DNA of 64,000 nt from Giardia intestinalis (taxonomy: Eukaryota). The DNA lies in NCBI GenBank assembly GCA_000002435.2, contig CM018789.1; one strand, written 5' to 3'. Positions within the stretch are counted from its first letter, which is position 1. Each line of letters starts with the position of its first letter. Positions 20,034 to 31,000 of this stretch are shown here, piece after piece. The translations under genes were made by a program, and so were the position numbers. The notes beneath the pieces are model-generated. The model was not told the DNA's origin, did not search any database, and worked only from the letters and a program-made list of their open reading frames with translations.

Positions 20034-22121
20034 TCAGTATCTGCGACTGGAGCCAGGTCGTTTGGCATCACCCGTTAACATGGCAATTCGCTTGGAGTCG
20101 GAGCGGAGCCGATATGCGAGGTTGTTCAATGATATGTCGTCGTAATCTCCTGAATACTCATACTCGCTGTTACTGGATCTTCTAAACCGGTCACCATAAT
20201 CTCTGCCTCGGCTACTAGTGCGTATGCTGCGATCCAGGCGCGTGCTCCTCATAAGCCCACTACTTGTTAGAAGAGGATCACGGCGCGTTTCATCTGCCCT
20301 CTTGTTCTGCTGATTGATCTGGCCCTCGAGCTGTGAAAGTCTCCTTTCAAAGGCATCTTTTCCAGACGAAAGTTCCTGGACAACAGCTCTGAGCCGCTCA
20401 TTCTCTCTCTCAACCGACGAAGTCCCGTGCAAGTAGCTTGCTGAGTGCCCACGGCCTCCTCCGCCAAAGCTCTTGTCAAATGTTTCGCTGAAACGCCTGT
20501 CTTGGCTTGTCTTTTCCTTCTGGATCTTTGTAGATGAAGCTTCCACTGCCTTTCGGGCAAAGTCATAACACTTATCACGCATCAGATGATAGAAGCTGGA
20601 GAGGAGCTCCAGTGCGTCTCTGCCGGTGGGATTGCATGTAAGATTGCTATCCTCCACTGCATATTCTCGTATACGTTGCTCAATGGAACGTAGCATCGTC
20701 CGCAATTTATCACATTTTACCATTAGACTCTTGTGCTTCTCTTCCAGCTCTCTAAAGTCTGTGACTGATAGGCTTGACGCCCGCGTAAGCTCAGAAATCT
20801 GTGCTCTGAGCTCCATAATTGTCGATTCTCGTTGCTTTAAAGCAAGCTTTAGCTCATTTATCTTAGTAGTTGCAGAGAGCGTCGGCGTACTAGGCTGAGG
20901 CTGACAATAGCTGTTATCGGTAACATGTCCTCCTCGTCTCTGATGCAGAGAAGATCGGAGGTCGTTAGATTTTTGTGACATGGCCCTCGGGCGGCTACCG
21001 GGCCTGGGTGCCTTGGCATTATCTGGAGTTCGAATGTAAGTCCGCCCAGGTGTAGCTGACTGAAGAGCAGCAGGAGACGACTTTTCAGTTGTAGTAATAG
21101 AGGACTGAGAGAAGTCGGGCCTCGAAGATGCCAATTTGCTTTTCAGAACATCGCATTCACGAGAAAGATCACTAAGCTTTCCTTTGTATACACTTACTTC
21201 GTCGCTGAGATTATTCACAAGAACCTGGTAGCGGCGATTCTCTTCCCTTGTCTCTGTAAGGACACGAATATGTGCATTTGCATCTCCGACATACCTTCCT
21301 CTCTCCTCCTGCTGTTCATTGTATGCTTTAAGAACAGATGTTATCCTCTGGATGTTATCTTGAAGCTGCGCTATGCGCTTGTCATCGGTTGTTGTCAAGG
21401 GACCTTGCGCTGCTCCCGAGTAGGATGCGGAAGGCGATGACAGCTCATCGATTGTAAGCTCCTCTATTTCCTCATAATAACCATCGGTTTCGTTGACAAT
21501 GCTACGGGTCTTATCTTTGGAATCGGCAAATGTGACCGTTTGGCGCTGCTTCGTAGCTTTCTTGGACGTATCACACTTAAGCAGCAGATCAGCTATCTCA
21601 GAAGACATGGCCTGAACAGCATTCTTCAATTCGCGCTGCTGTGCATAGATGTCTGCCTCGACGACTTCCAGCGCCTCAAGCAAAGCATCCTTGCGCTGCT
21701 GGCATGAATCAAAGGCAGCGAGGGTGTGATACACGTTCTCTTGGGAAGTTTCGTCCGGGCTGCGGCCGGTCTGGGTTTTCCTCAGAATTCTTTGATTTAG
21801 AAGAGAAACTGCATCTTCGAACAGCTCTTCCCGTGCGAAAACGTCATCAATCGTAATGCTCTTCTCGCCTGGCATAAGAGTGCGCAGAAGCGTGGGCAGT
21901 ACGGCAGCCCCAGTGACATCTATATTATAAAGGTGACGAAGAAGGTTAGACATCAGCACTGAAGACGAGAGATATACCTTGAGGAGTGAGCGACTCGTGG
22001 TAGAGGCCCTTGGCTTTAAGTCCGTCTCTATCCATGACAGGAGACGCTGCTCCGAATTCATGGCTTTTTTGAATTTTGCTTCCAGTCCTGCTACACACGA
22101 CAGATGCGCCACACAGGACAT
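20034..22121 (-). CDS. Hypothetical coiled-coil protein (695 aa)
   Basis: ATG at 22121. Extended heptad regions and a Ser/Arg-rich tail. Confidence 0.6.
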   Translation of the reverse strand: MSCVAHLSCVAGLEAKFKKAMNSEQRLLSWIETDLKPRASTTSRSLLKVYLSSSVLMSNLLRHLYNIDVTGAAVLPTLLRTLMPGEKSITIDDVFAREELFEDAVSLLNQRILRKTQTGRSPDETSQENVYHTLAAFDSCQQRKDALLEALEVVEADIYAQQRELKNAVQAMSSEIADLLLKCDTSKKATKQRQTVTFADSKDKTRSIVNETDGYYEEIEELTIDELSSPSASYSGAAQGPLTTTDDKRIAQLQDNIQRITSVLKAYNEQQEERGRYVGDANAHIRVLTETREENRRYQVLVNNLSDEVSVYKGKLSDLSRECDVLKSKLASSRPDFSQSSITTTEKSSPAALQSATPGRTYIRTPDNAKAPRPGSRPRAMSQKSNDLRSSLHQRRGGHVTDNSYCQPQPSTPTLSATTKINELKLALKQRESTIMELRAQISELTRASSLSVTDFRELEEKHKSLMVKCDKLRTMLRSIEQRIREYAVEDSNLTCNPTGRDALELLSSFYHLMRDKCYDFARKAVEASSTKIQKEKTSQDRRFSETFDKSFGGGGRGHSASYLHGTSSVERENERLRAVVQELSSGKDAFERRLSQLEGQINQQNKRADETRRDPLLTSSGLMRSTRLDRSIRTSSRGRDYGDRFRRSSNSEYEYSGDYDDISLNNLAYRLRSDSKRIAMLTGDAKRPGSSRRY

Positions 22122-22151
22122 GGACAGGAGGCCCCATTTACTTGTATCTCT

Positions 22152-22721
22152 TTACTCGTTATCCCCGCTACTCTGCCTCCTTGCAGCTGCACGCTTTGTT
22201 CTGCCCGGCTTGCCGTTTGGTGCAAGGCTCGACGTGTCAGCTATCGCAACGCGGCTCGTGTTAGAAATGCGAACCATGTAAGACGGTATGTTGACTATCT
22301 GTCCCCCGACGCTGATGTGGCGGGCCTTGATCATGTTCCTCGCGTGGTGGACGGACTTTGCGAGCTTGCTCTCTACGATGACTGACTGAAGACGGCGCTT
22401 AAAGATATCTTCAATCCTCAAACCGAGAACATAGTCCAACTGGTCCTTTTCCTCATCGAGGATCCCGAGCATGTGCAGGCGACGAAGAAGAGCAGCGCCC
22501 TCGAACCTGCGCTTGATATCGTTCTCGTCAAGCGTGAGGAGGTTACGAGCCGTTCTGCGGATCTTCGCAAGCATGTACCTCGCGCGATAGATCTCGCGCT
22601 TGCACTTGAGGCCGTACTCCCCGCAGAGTTTGAGTTCGGCGTCCAAGCGAGGCTTCGTGAAGGGCTTCTTTGGGGTGCTGTATGTCTTTGACGAGTTCCT
22701 ATGGCGGCTAATGCGGGGCAT
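22152..22721 (-). CDS. RPS9: 40S ribosomal protein S9 (uS4)
   Basis: TYSTPKKPFTKPRLDAELKLCGEYGLKCKREIYRARYMLAKIRRTARNLLTLDENDIKRRFEGAALLRRL aligns almost residue-by-residue with eukaryotic RPS9. Confidence 0.92.
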   Translation of the reverse strand: MPRISRHRNSSKTYSTPKKPFTKPRLDAELKLCGEYGLKCKREIYRARYMLAKIRRTARNLLTLDENDIKRRFEGAALLRRLHMLGILDEEKDQLDYVLGLRIEDIFKRRLQSVIVESKLAKSVHHARNMIKARHISVGGQIVNIPSYMVRISNTSRVAIADTSSLAPNGKPGRTKRAAARRQSSGDNE

Positions 22722-22813
22722 GGAATCGTCAGGGGAGAATTGGCGAAAGCCAAATTGAATTTAAAATAATTCAATGTTTATAATTCCATTTATAATTTTA
22801 CACTCTGTTTATA

Positions 22814-24823
22814 TTATGCACAGAAAACCCACGAGCTCGTATCAAGCTTCCTGGCTATATCTAAAACCTTGTCTGGACAAAGTGGCTCAAGACCCTTGAG
22901 CCCCTTCAGGGACTTGCTAAGATAGCACATGATATTTTTGATGCTCTGTTCTTTGAAGTTATGCCTTTTAAGATAATATTTGCACAACCTGCCACACGTC
23001 TCCCGAAGCGTGGCTAACCGTGCATCAGTCTTACTTTCCTTTTGATGAAGCATCTTCTGAACTATGAAATTCCCATAAGAATCGTCCATGAGATTGGGGA
23101 AATTTGGGTTCATGAATAAGGACATGGAAAAATCTATTCTTTCTTTGACAGTGCAACACTCTAGAAACTTCTCAATGACGTGTGAGCCGAACTTGTGCGT
23201 ACAGAACAGTATAGCGTTTCTAGTTAGCTGCTCAACAACTTCCTTCCGAATACTGCTGTGGATTAACCTTTTATTTTTTATAAGCCCCTGAATACAGAAA
23301 TTTGCCCACTGGTTATTGCATAGAAACACAAATTTTTCCAGCAAAACACTGCGGATGTTGATTAGCTCACCTTCGTCTATCAGTAAAGGAAAAAGCTTCT
23401 GGTAAATTCTGCAGCCACACATCTGGTCACTAAGGGCCAGGAAATCGGATGGATCCTTGAGGATGATGGCGGAAATCCTGTTGGCAGTCTCCCTGTGCCT
23501 TTCCGAAACGAACGCTTTGCTCTCGAGTATGGATATGACCTTCTGTACAACGTGGTTTGCTTGTCGATGATAGCAATACGCCATGCAATCTGGTTCTATG
23601 TAACTGCAGAAGTACAAAAATTGTTCATCTGGCAAGTCATCTAAGAGAGACTGTAGTAGCCAGATAGAGTGTTGGTTGTTCATTAGGAGCTTAGCACGAC
23701 TGAATAGTGCATTCAGTAGATTAAAGTACAGATCTTCATTGCCAACTTTCTTCACAAAATCTACTATCAATAATGAGCCTTTTGGGGACTTTGCAAGGTT
23801 TAGAAGATTTTCAATGATTATGTTATATAAATTAATATAAAAGTCTTCAAAATGAACGAGATCTGTGGCGTTAAGAGTAGCCTGTAGCTTTTCTAATGCT
23901 GTGTTGCTAACAGAAGCGTTAGAGTCTAACAACTCTAGCACATATGAAGATAGCCCAGATGGTGATAGAACAGATAAATTAGTAATGCTTACATTAGGGC
24001 TCGAACAAAAGCGAATGGTCCTTTGCTCTCCAAAAGACAGCGCCTTGTTGGCTTGAGTCCGAAGAGGAATAACGGGTGGATACATAGAGTGGCTGTGGTT
24101 CTCTTTTGGAGGAAGGACTGGCAAGGAGAAGGACAGGAGCGGGGGAAGTGCATCAAGTGGGGCTAAATCCTGCTGCAGGCATGCATGTGGCAGCTGGAAA
24201 GACTGAGAGTGAGAAATAGAAGCATTTTTGTGCTTGCAATCTGATGATCTATTAGATGGACTGCTGAGTATAGGGCTTTGTTCTTGGTTTCGGTTTTGGT
24301 TAGTGGTATGATTGGAATCAGGCAAAAGCAGTGAGGGAAAATACTGTTGATATGGAAGTGGAACGGACAAGCCTTTGCCAGATGTAGAACACTCAAAAAC
24401 TGGGTAGGCGATTGGAGGAGGCAGAGCAGAACCGCTGACACACGGCTCTAGGGTCGAGAAAGGGGATGTTGGAGTTGTGGGTAAATCGCCAGTGTCTTCA
24501 TAGCCCAGTGGTGACAGGCCAGGTACGGTTAGAGGACAATAAGCCATGGGATGTCCTACAGCTTGTAAATTTGGGTAGAGAAAGGAAGCCTGGAGTGTTG
24601 CTGGAAATGAGTAGGATGTCGGGTCAGCTCCAGGAAACATATCCGTATTGAACCGCTCGAAGAGCTCGTCTTCTTGCAGATCTGTGTATTCATTACTAGT
24701 AACACTCTCCGGCACACTCTCTTCATGGTGTGCGTTAGGCTCTACGCTACAACTTTCACTGGGGCCCGACTGGTGCATACTGCGTCGGAAAGCTGTGCTG
24801 TCGGCATCGTCCATATGCCTCAT
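22814..24823 (-). CDS. Pumilio/PUF-family RNA-binding protein
   Basis: Serial PUF repeat cores ANHVVQKVI, GCRIYQKLF, ANFCIQGLI, GSHVIEKFLE and GNFIVQKMLH in the C-terminal half. Confidence 0.8.
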   Translation of the reverse strand: MRHMDDADSTAFRRSMHQSGPSESCSVEPNAHHEESVPESVTSNEYTDLQEDELFERFNTDMFPGADPTSYSFPATLQASFLYPNLQAVGHPMAYCPLTVPGLSPLGYEDTGDLPTTPTSPFSTLEPCVSGSALPPPIAYPVFECSTSGKGLSVPLPYQQYFPSLLLPDSNHTTNQNRNQEQSPILSSPSNRSSDCKHKNASISHSQSFQLPHACLQQDLAPLDALPPLLSFSLPVLPPKENHSHSMYPPVIPLRTQANKALSFGEQRTIRFCSSPNVSITNLSVLSPSGLSSYVLELLDSNASVSNTALEKLQATLNATDLVHFEDFYINLYNIIIENLLNLAKSPKGSLLIVDFVKKVGNEDLYFNLLNALFSRAKLLMNNQHSIWLLQSLLDDLPDEQFLYFCSYIEPDCMAYCYHRQANHVVQKVISILESKAFVSERHRETANRISAIILKDPSDFLALSDQMCGCRIYQKLFPLLIDEGELINIRSVLLEKFVFLCNNQWANFCIQGLIKNKRLIHSSIRKEVVEQLTRNAILFCTHKFGSHVIEKFLECCTVKERIDFSMSLFMNPNFPNLMDDSYGNFIVQKMLHQKESKTDARLATLRETCGRLCKYYLKRHNFKEQSIKNIMCYLSKSLKGLKGLEPLCPDKVLDIARKLDTSSWVFCA

Positions 24824-25218
24824 AAAGGTGGTCCGACGACAGTACTTTTCAACAATGACTTATCATTTTTTGACTGAATCAGAAGTACTCTAGTTTGAAA
24901 GTGAGTATGTGAACTACGGACTTTGAACTGTGCTATCATCGATTCACTAAGGAAAACACGGGTGAGGTTGCTGTAATGGTCCGTGAATCTTAGAGGAGAT
25001 TCTACAGAGCAAGACCTTCAACCTCAACCTATTTAGTAGCAGACATAGCAAAATGGTACTCTTCCATCGCCACTTTGGACGATAGGGTACATTTAAATCA
25101 AGGCATAGCAAGTTGTAAAACAAAAAGGTCTGGCCCAATCTTTAGCTGGTGGTCAGTACTGCTGTAACCGTTAGTTGAAGAGAACTCCAGTCTGACTCTG
25201 GCAGAAAGCAGAATTTAA

Positions 25219-26106
25219 ATGTGTGCAATGGTTTTTCTAACAGCAAATGACTCCCGTACACGGTACACTGTGATGAAAACATTGCCAGACTCTGTTACTG
25301 TCTATACCGCCGATACACGGAAAAACGTTCTTCGACTAAATAAGTATGGAGGAGTGGAATTGACAACCTTTAATAACGTTGTAACAGCGATGGATACTAT
25401 AACATCCGATAGTGTCGTTACACTAGGATGCCACAACGGTTCACTAATTATATGGGACACACGCTCTAAGGCTCACTCTATCGTCGAAGGTCACAAGGCG
25501 GCGGTGACTGTTCTCTGCAAGCATCCAGTGTATGAAGTAATCTCTGGCTCTGATGATGGGCTTATCGCAATCTGGGATATGCGCAGCTTTCGCGTGCCCG
25601 TCACGACCCTTTCTCACAGCCACGCGGTGACGTCGCTGCACGTCGCCGACAGCGCGCTGGTTTCCACCAGCATCGACGGGTCTGTGAAGGTCTGGGATCT
25701 GATAAGGAACGCCCTTCTTCACACACACGCCCAGCTGGCCCCCTCGTATCCCATTTTCGACTCCGCGCTCACCTGCAAGCAAGTGCTCTACACCGTCGGA
25801 ACCGACGGGCTCAACCTCTTGGCCATGAGAGGCAGCCTGCAGCCGCTGAGGGTGCAGAGGGTTGAACAGTTGAACAGCCAGCTGTGTCACCAACCCCCGT
25901 TTACACGATTACTCAACGCCCGTTCTGCCCTCTTTCTTGCAAACCACTACACGATCATGAAGGTATCTGATCAGTTAGAGATTGTAGACCAGTATTGTAG
26001 AAGCACAATGCCCATCTCTGAAACAGAGCCGCCTCCCATTGTACAGCTGTATAGCGACCACCTTCTGTACTCCTTGGATGATAAGATAATGGTCAGGCAG
26101 ATATAG
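25219..26106 (+). CDS. WD40-repeat protein (295 aa). Its 3' part lies inside the left arm of the inverted duplication.
   Basis: WD signatures SLIIWDTRS, GLIAIWDMRS and GSVKVWDL. ATG start. Confidence 0.7.
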   Translation: MCAMVFLTANDSRTRYTVMKTLPDSVTVYTADTRKNVLRLNKYGGVELTTFNNVVTAMDTITSDSVVTLGCHNGSLIIWDTRSKAHSIVEGHKAAVTVLCKHPVYEVISGSDDGLIAIWDMRSFRVPVTTLSHSHAVTSLHVADSALVSTSIDGSVKVWDLIRNALLHTHAQLAPSYPIFDSALTCKQVLYTVGTDGLNLLAMRGSLQPLRVQRVEQLNSQLCHQPPFTRLLNARSALFLANHYTIMKVSDQLEIVDQYCRSTMPISETEPPPIVQLYSDHLLYSLDDKIMVRQI

Positions 26107-26124
26107 GCCCGCGGACTCTCTGCT

Positions 26125-27543
26125 TTACTTCGACTGGAGGCTTGCTTGAAACGTTCGAGCGTCATGTAATTGTTGGACAGTACTCTTCCGAACAATCTTG
26201 TCCTGCCATCGACTAGCTGACTCGTTTCTAGAATCAATTGGAAGATTGTCGAGTACCGTGCCTCGTCGAAGGAGGTCTTTGCGAGAGTATTCCAAGATGT
26301 CTAGCTGGCTGACATCAGCATCATTCTCCGTGCTATTAAGAATGACATTTTCTGCGTTTGACGTAGCCAGTTGCTGTACTGCAACCTTTTTAAGACTAGG
26401 TTCAGAGGACAGTATGAGCTCTGACAGGGTACATGCATCTGGCTTCTCAGCAGAATTCTTCTTATCGCCGTGCTCACTTGCATGACTGGATTTGTTTGCG
26501 ACTAGCTTTTCGAAGAACCAAACTTCTCTGCCCCCGGAATCAAGAATGCAATTAGTTGCTTTCTTATAGCATAAAAGCCACTCCGAAAAGAGTCTGTGAT
26601 CATCCAGAACAGCATAGGCCTCCTCACATAGCCTTCTGATCATCGGGATGAGTGGGCACTTGGTCTCGATAATAGAGACATTCTTTTCGGCAAGACTTCT
26701 CCACTTGTTACTCAAGTTGTGGAATCGAGGGGTTTCTCGCACGGTGTCATGAACCCAATGGATAAGCTCTTCAAACACATAGACGCTTGGGGTGAAAGGG
26801 TGAATAAGAAGTCGGTGCATGGCCTCTGCTCGTAGGTAATTCCCTACTCCGTTGAACAATTCCTGAGACAAAAGAAGCCGGCATATGGGTTGTGAAAATA
26901 TCGACTTGGGTGGCACAATGAAAGACCCGTCAAGACCTATAGGAATATGTGACAGTTTGGACAGTATCTTGGACACATAGTCTAGGTACTGTGCCACAGG
27001 ATCAGGGGACCGTGCATGGTCGAAGTCTCCTACTCGCCAGTACATGGTCTCTGGCCGTGGCGAGCATACTGCTAACACAGCATCAGATGCCTCAAACAAG
27101 AGATGTGCGTTAGACTTCAAAGCTTCCTCTGGGGTTAAGAAGGTGTTGATACAGCCTGCTAATCCCAGGCCAATCACGATACTGGTTGGTATGGTAAGCG
27201 CCACAGCGTGATCTGAGTGTTCCCAGGGGCGGCTTAAAGCGGTTGTTTTGCACAAATCATAGGGTGTCTCTGAGGTGTCAGATGTATTTCTTTTCAGACG
27301 CACAAAAATACTCTTTGCCTCATTCCTAGGTGGATCAGCTGCCCGAGCCAGGTCAACTCGGAGCTGCTTGCCTCGAGATTCGCACCTTATGGTAAATGCT
27401 ACTTTTATGGAATCATCAAGGAACAAAGGTGGGAGGGCCTTATACACACACGCCCTCGAAGTAGAGACGTTAGTAAAGAGAGTGTGCTCTGCCTCAAACG
27501 TTATGCGTTCTGCGAAGGCTCGAACCTCAGGATGCTCTGGCAT
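26125..27543 (-). CDS. Fpg/Nei (NEIL)-family bifunctional DNA glycosylase/AP-lyase with an H2TH motif
   Basis: After the initiator Met the N-terminus reads PEHPEV (catalytic Pro2-Glu3, matching PELPEV in Fpg). A conserved RGKQL Lys sits about 59 residues in. H2TH reads LLLSQELFNGVGNYLRAEAMHRLLIHPFTPS, matching LLDQ..[23 protein letters not shown]. The track start at 27558 is TTG; the ATG at 27543 puts Pro at position 2. Confidence 0.75.
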   Translation of the reverse strand: MPEHPEVRAFAERITFEAEHTLFTNVSTSRACVYKALPPLFLDDSIKVAFTIRCESRGKQLRVDLARAADPPRNEAKSIFVRLKRNTSDTSETPYDLCKTTALSRPWEHSDHAVALTIPTSIVIGLGLAGCINTFLTPEEALKSNAHLLFEASDAVLAVCSPRPETMYWRVGDFDHARSPDPVAQYLDYVSKILSKLSHIPIGLDGSFIVPPKSIFSQPICRLLLSQELFNGVGNYLRAEAMHRLLIHPFTPSVYVFEELIHWVHDTVRETPRFHNLSNKWRSLAEKNVSIIETKCPLIPMIRRLCEEAYAVLDDHRLFSEWLLCYKKATNCILDSGGREVWFFEKLVANKSSHASEHGDKKNSAEKPDACTLSELILSSEPSLKKVAVQQLATSNAENVILNSTENDADVSQLDILEYSRKDLLRRGTVLDNLPIDSRNESASRWQDKIVRKSTVQQLHDARTFQASLQSK

Positions 27544-27547
27544 AAAA

Positions 27548-28072
27548 ATGGATAGCAACCCCCTCCTGGACTTTTTTGCTGCCCCACCACCTACCTCTCA
27601 GGAACTAGAAACACAACACTGGCCTTTTGGTGATGTGCACGCGCTCTTTAGGCATTTCAACGAGGCTTTTTTCGACAATTGCCTGAGAGATGTTGTGGTT
27701 CATTGGAGCAATAGGCTAACACGTTCTGCAGGTCTATGCAAATACAGAGGGACGCGAACAGAAGAGCATAGTCCTATTGTAATTATCCTATCTGCACCTC
27801 TACTCCAATATCGTTCACAACACGACCTGCTCGACGTGCTGGTGCATGAGATGATCCACGCCTACCTTTTCAGACTGAAGGTGTTCGAGCGAGTGCATCA
27901 CGGGCCCGTCTGGCACGCACAAGCGCACCGAATTAACCAGGCCGCTGGACTTACAATCCGTGCCTGCCACAACTACTACCAAGAGGTAAGATACATTGCG
28001 CACCAACGGGCTCTGAAGCGGGTTCCAGTCATTGATCTTAGCAATAGCACTATTGATCTCACCGATGATTAG
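27548..28072 (+). CDS. SprT-like zinc metalloprotease (Spartan/Wss1-type DNA-protein crosslink protease domain)
   Basis: LFRHFNEAFFDNCLRDVVVHWSNRLTRSAGLCKY...LLDVLVHEMIHAYLF...HGPVWHAQAHRINQAAGLTIRACHNYYQEV. This matches Spartan LFVQFNDQFFWGQLEAVEVKWSVRMTLCAGICSY...TLLHEMIHAYLF...HGPEF..HMHRIN. HEMIH zinc site. The track GTG start at 27275 was replaced by the ATG at 27548 (MDSNPLL). Confidence 0.8.
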   Translation: MDSNPLLDFFAAPPPTSQELETQHWPFGDVHALFRHFNEAFFDNCLRDVVVHWSNRLTRSAGLCKYRGTRTEEHSPIVIILSAPLLQYRSQHDLLDVLVHEMIHAYLFRLKVFERVHHGPVWHAQAHRINQAAGLTIRACHNYYQEVRYIAHQRALKRVPVIDLSNSTIDLTDD

Positions 28073-31000
28073 AGGTCTTGGGCGTGACGCCAACCACGAA
28101 GCTGTGAAGGTGTGCCACAACATGAATCTTCATGCATGGTTCCACGTGACTGCCTGTATATGATAAAGGCGATTTGCAGCTCTGCCTCTAAGTGTGTTAT
28201 GCTTTCAAATAACTTATACGTCATTCTTAGCTCCAAGTCGTGAATGCATGCTTCTTGAAATAATGTAAGAGCTTATTTTGCTTGCCAATTATCCTCCTCA
28301 TTCTTAGTGAGTCTGTGCACACCGCTTCTTATATATGAATTGCTTCTACACACCAGTATCACTGGTAGATTCTAGGGTACACAACGTGTTTCTGTACATG
28401 CTGGGACATCTTTCAACATTGCAGGTGGTACATACCATCCTGCATAGCCATCAGGGAATCTATTATTAGCCTATTATTAAAGTACTGTAAGAGCAATCAT
28501 GGACGGATATTAGTACTTTTCACGTAGGCCCTTAAAGTCGCCAGCTGTATACACGCTCCTCGGGGTTGTGGCCATCCTCCCTTGGGCTTCGTGCTTTTTG
28601 TAAGCATAGAGTGAAAGCACTTGCATTGGCAAACTAGGCAAACGCCAGATATGTCATGCTATGAACACGTTGAACGACGATGAATATCTTACAGAATAGG
28701 AAGATCTGCATCCAGCTATCGGTAACATAGACTTTCATAAGACATGTGAGCCGCACAGAAATACCACTGTAAATGTACTGAAAATCCACATGAGCATCGT
28801 CACATGGAGATAGAAAGCCATCTGAATGAACACTTTTGCGGGCTGCTTTGGTGCTTTGAAGAGACGCGAATGACTTTACGTCACTGTATGTTACAAACCC
28901 AACTGACCTTTCATGCCTTCCATGATGTAGTCTAGTCAGAACGAGCTGATTGTAGTCTTCCGATATATGCTTAAGGGCGCAAGGTGTAGATCAAATAGAT
29001 TGCTTTATTGCCTTCGAGAAAAGGACGGGCCTTGCTTTGCCAATACATAGATATGTGATAATAGACCAGGCAATCAGCAGTAAATGGAATACACGGCTAA
29101 TAGCTGCAAGACGCAGTCGTAAGCCTGGTTCTGCATGGGCAGCATCCAAATAGGGCCGTTGTCATGTCGGCTCTTTGCAGACGCATTGTGTACAGCAGTT
29201 ACGAGCTGCGCAACGGAAGGTCATAGGGGGTGAGGTTGTCTACTGCACCACGCCGCATAGAGGACAAATCAAGACCGACAGCACGAGAAAAGCGACAAGA
29301 ACAGTCGCTTTGTGTGCCTACTGGCAAGGACTTCGTGACAAACCCATATGGCGCAGAGCCTGGGATTGGCCTTGTCCACGTTCATGTTAGGGAGCGTGGG
29401 CCTTCAAGAGTTAGCCAGAAGTTGCACCAATTCTCAACTGGTACATGCCTTTATCCAGTGATGTCCAACGCGATGCTTTACATCCGTGCAAGCTTTGAGA
29501 TACTAATTTCACCGACTCGTTGTGACTCAAGGCGTCCAACTCGTTATAATATTGAGGCAAGGATTGAACTGAGTAACTGATTGCTAGGGAAATTATGCCA
29601 TCACTATCACAACTAGCTTGAATCGTGAGAGAAGTTTGTACTGACAAGATTAAGCGGCCCAACCAGCACATGAGAAGAGTCTGTCCCTTATGATACTTTG
29701 ACCACCAAAGGGAAGGTAATGGATCCACGGTCATTGTTTCTGATGTAGCAAGTAGCGCCTGCAATAGATGGCTAGATCATAAATGATATTATGGTTATGG
29801 CGTGTCACGCAATTGAGCACGAGTAAGATTGCAGACTGGCCCAACCTTAACTAGAGATCCAAACAAACAGACAACCAGCAGAGTAAAGATTGTAAGAGCA
29901 ACTAAACGTCAAATCTGTAAACGGCTTAAGTTTGGTGAGTGGCATGAAAAATGGTCACTGAGCCTATCGTTTTTAGCTAATGTGGAACTTTTAATCTTGT
30001 AAGGCTAAGGTTGTTTTATCTCTTGTTGCTGACAACAAGCCCCTGCATAAGCTACGTAATAATCATCTATACTACTGCCGCGCTACTGTTCTCTGGATAA
30101 GTATCGATTGACTAAAGACAGACCCGTTGTCATAGATACATTGTGAGAAGGCTGATACTAGAAGCTTGTCTGTCGAGTTTGCATGTTCTATTTATGGAGA
30201 CTTCCGATGGCAACCTTTATGTAGAGATATGGATGGTCTAGGAAACTGAGCCATTAGCGCTTCAGTCGCCGTCTTACAAAAAACAGATTGCAAAAAGTAG
30301 ATGCGAAGTAGGATATTTGGTAGTTGCTGATTAGTGGGCATGATACCCAAGAATCCATGGAGCCGTTACCCAATTTTCCAAATTACAATAAGCAGCTTGC
30401 TTTGTTGACCCGGGACTGGTATCAAAAGATGTCTGGTAATCACAGAATGCTTTTAAAGTGATCTTGTGTGGCAAAATGCTTATGACGTGAATGAAATGAG
30501 CTGTAGGTTAAAGCAGGCAGCTTCCTATACTCATAAAATCGTCCAGCAGAGTGTCCTACAGCCTTGTACGGTTATACTTGACCATCTATTATTTCCCAGC
30601 ATAAGCACAACAAGTCCTCATTACAAAAGTGGGCGCTTTATTCTTCATTCAATACCAGATTGCATATTATGCCAGACAATTATCATGCAACGGCTGATAA
30701 AGATTTATATGACCTGGCAGGACATACGAGTGCCGTTAACATTAAGGTGCGCGTAGATAGTGCATATTTGACCCAGCAAAGATAAAGTCAACCAGAGTCA
30801 GAAAAGGGGAAAGAGAAAATGGAAGCCACCATACTCCACAGACTTCTATCATGTTTTATACGCGTGGATGCTGAATTAACCAGGTGCTCAGACGCAAGGT
30901 ATTTGCTGTAAGACACTTAGGAGCTGTAGCTTGACGCATACAGGTGACATACTATAGTTATGCTGAATAACGCGGAGGTATCGATGAGTGGACGCACAAG

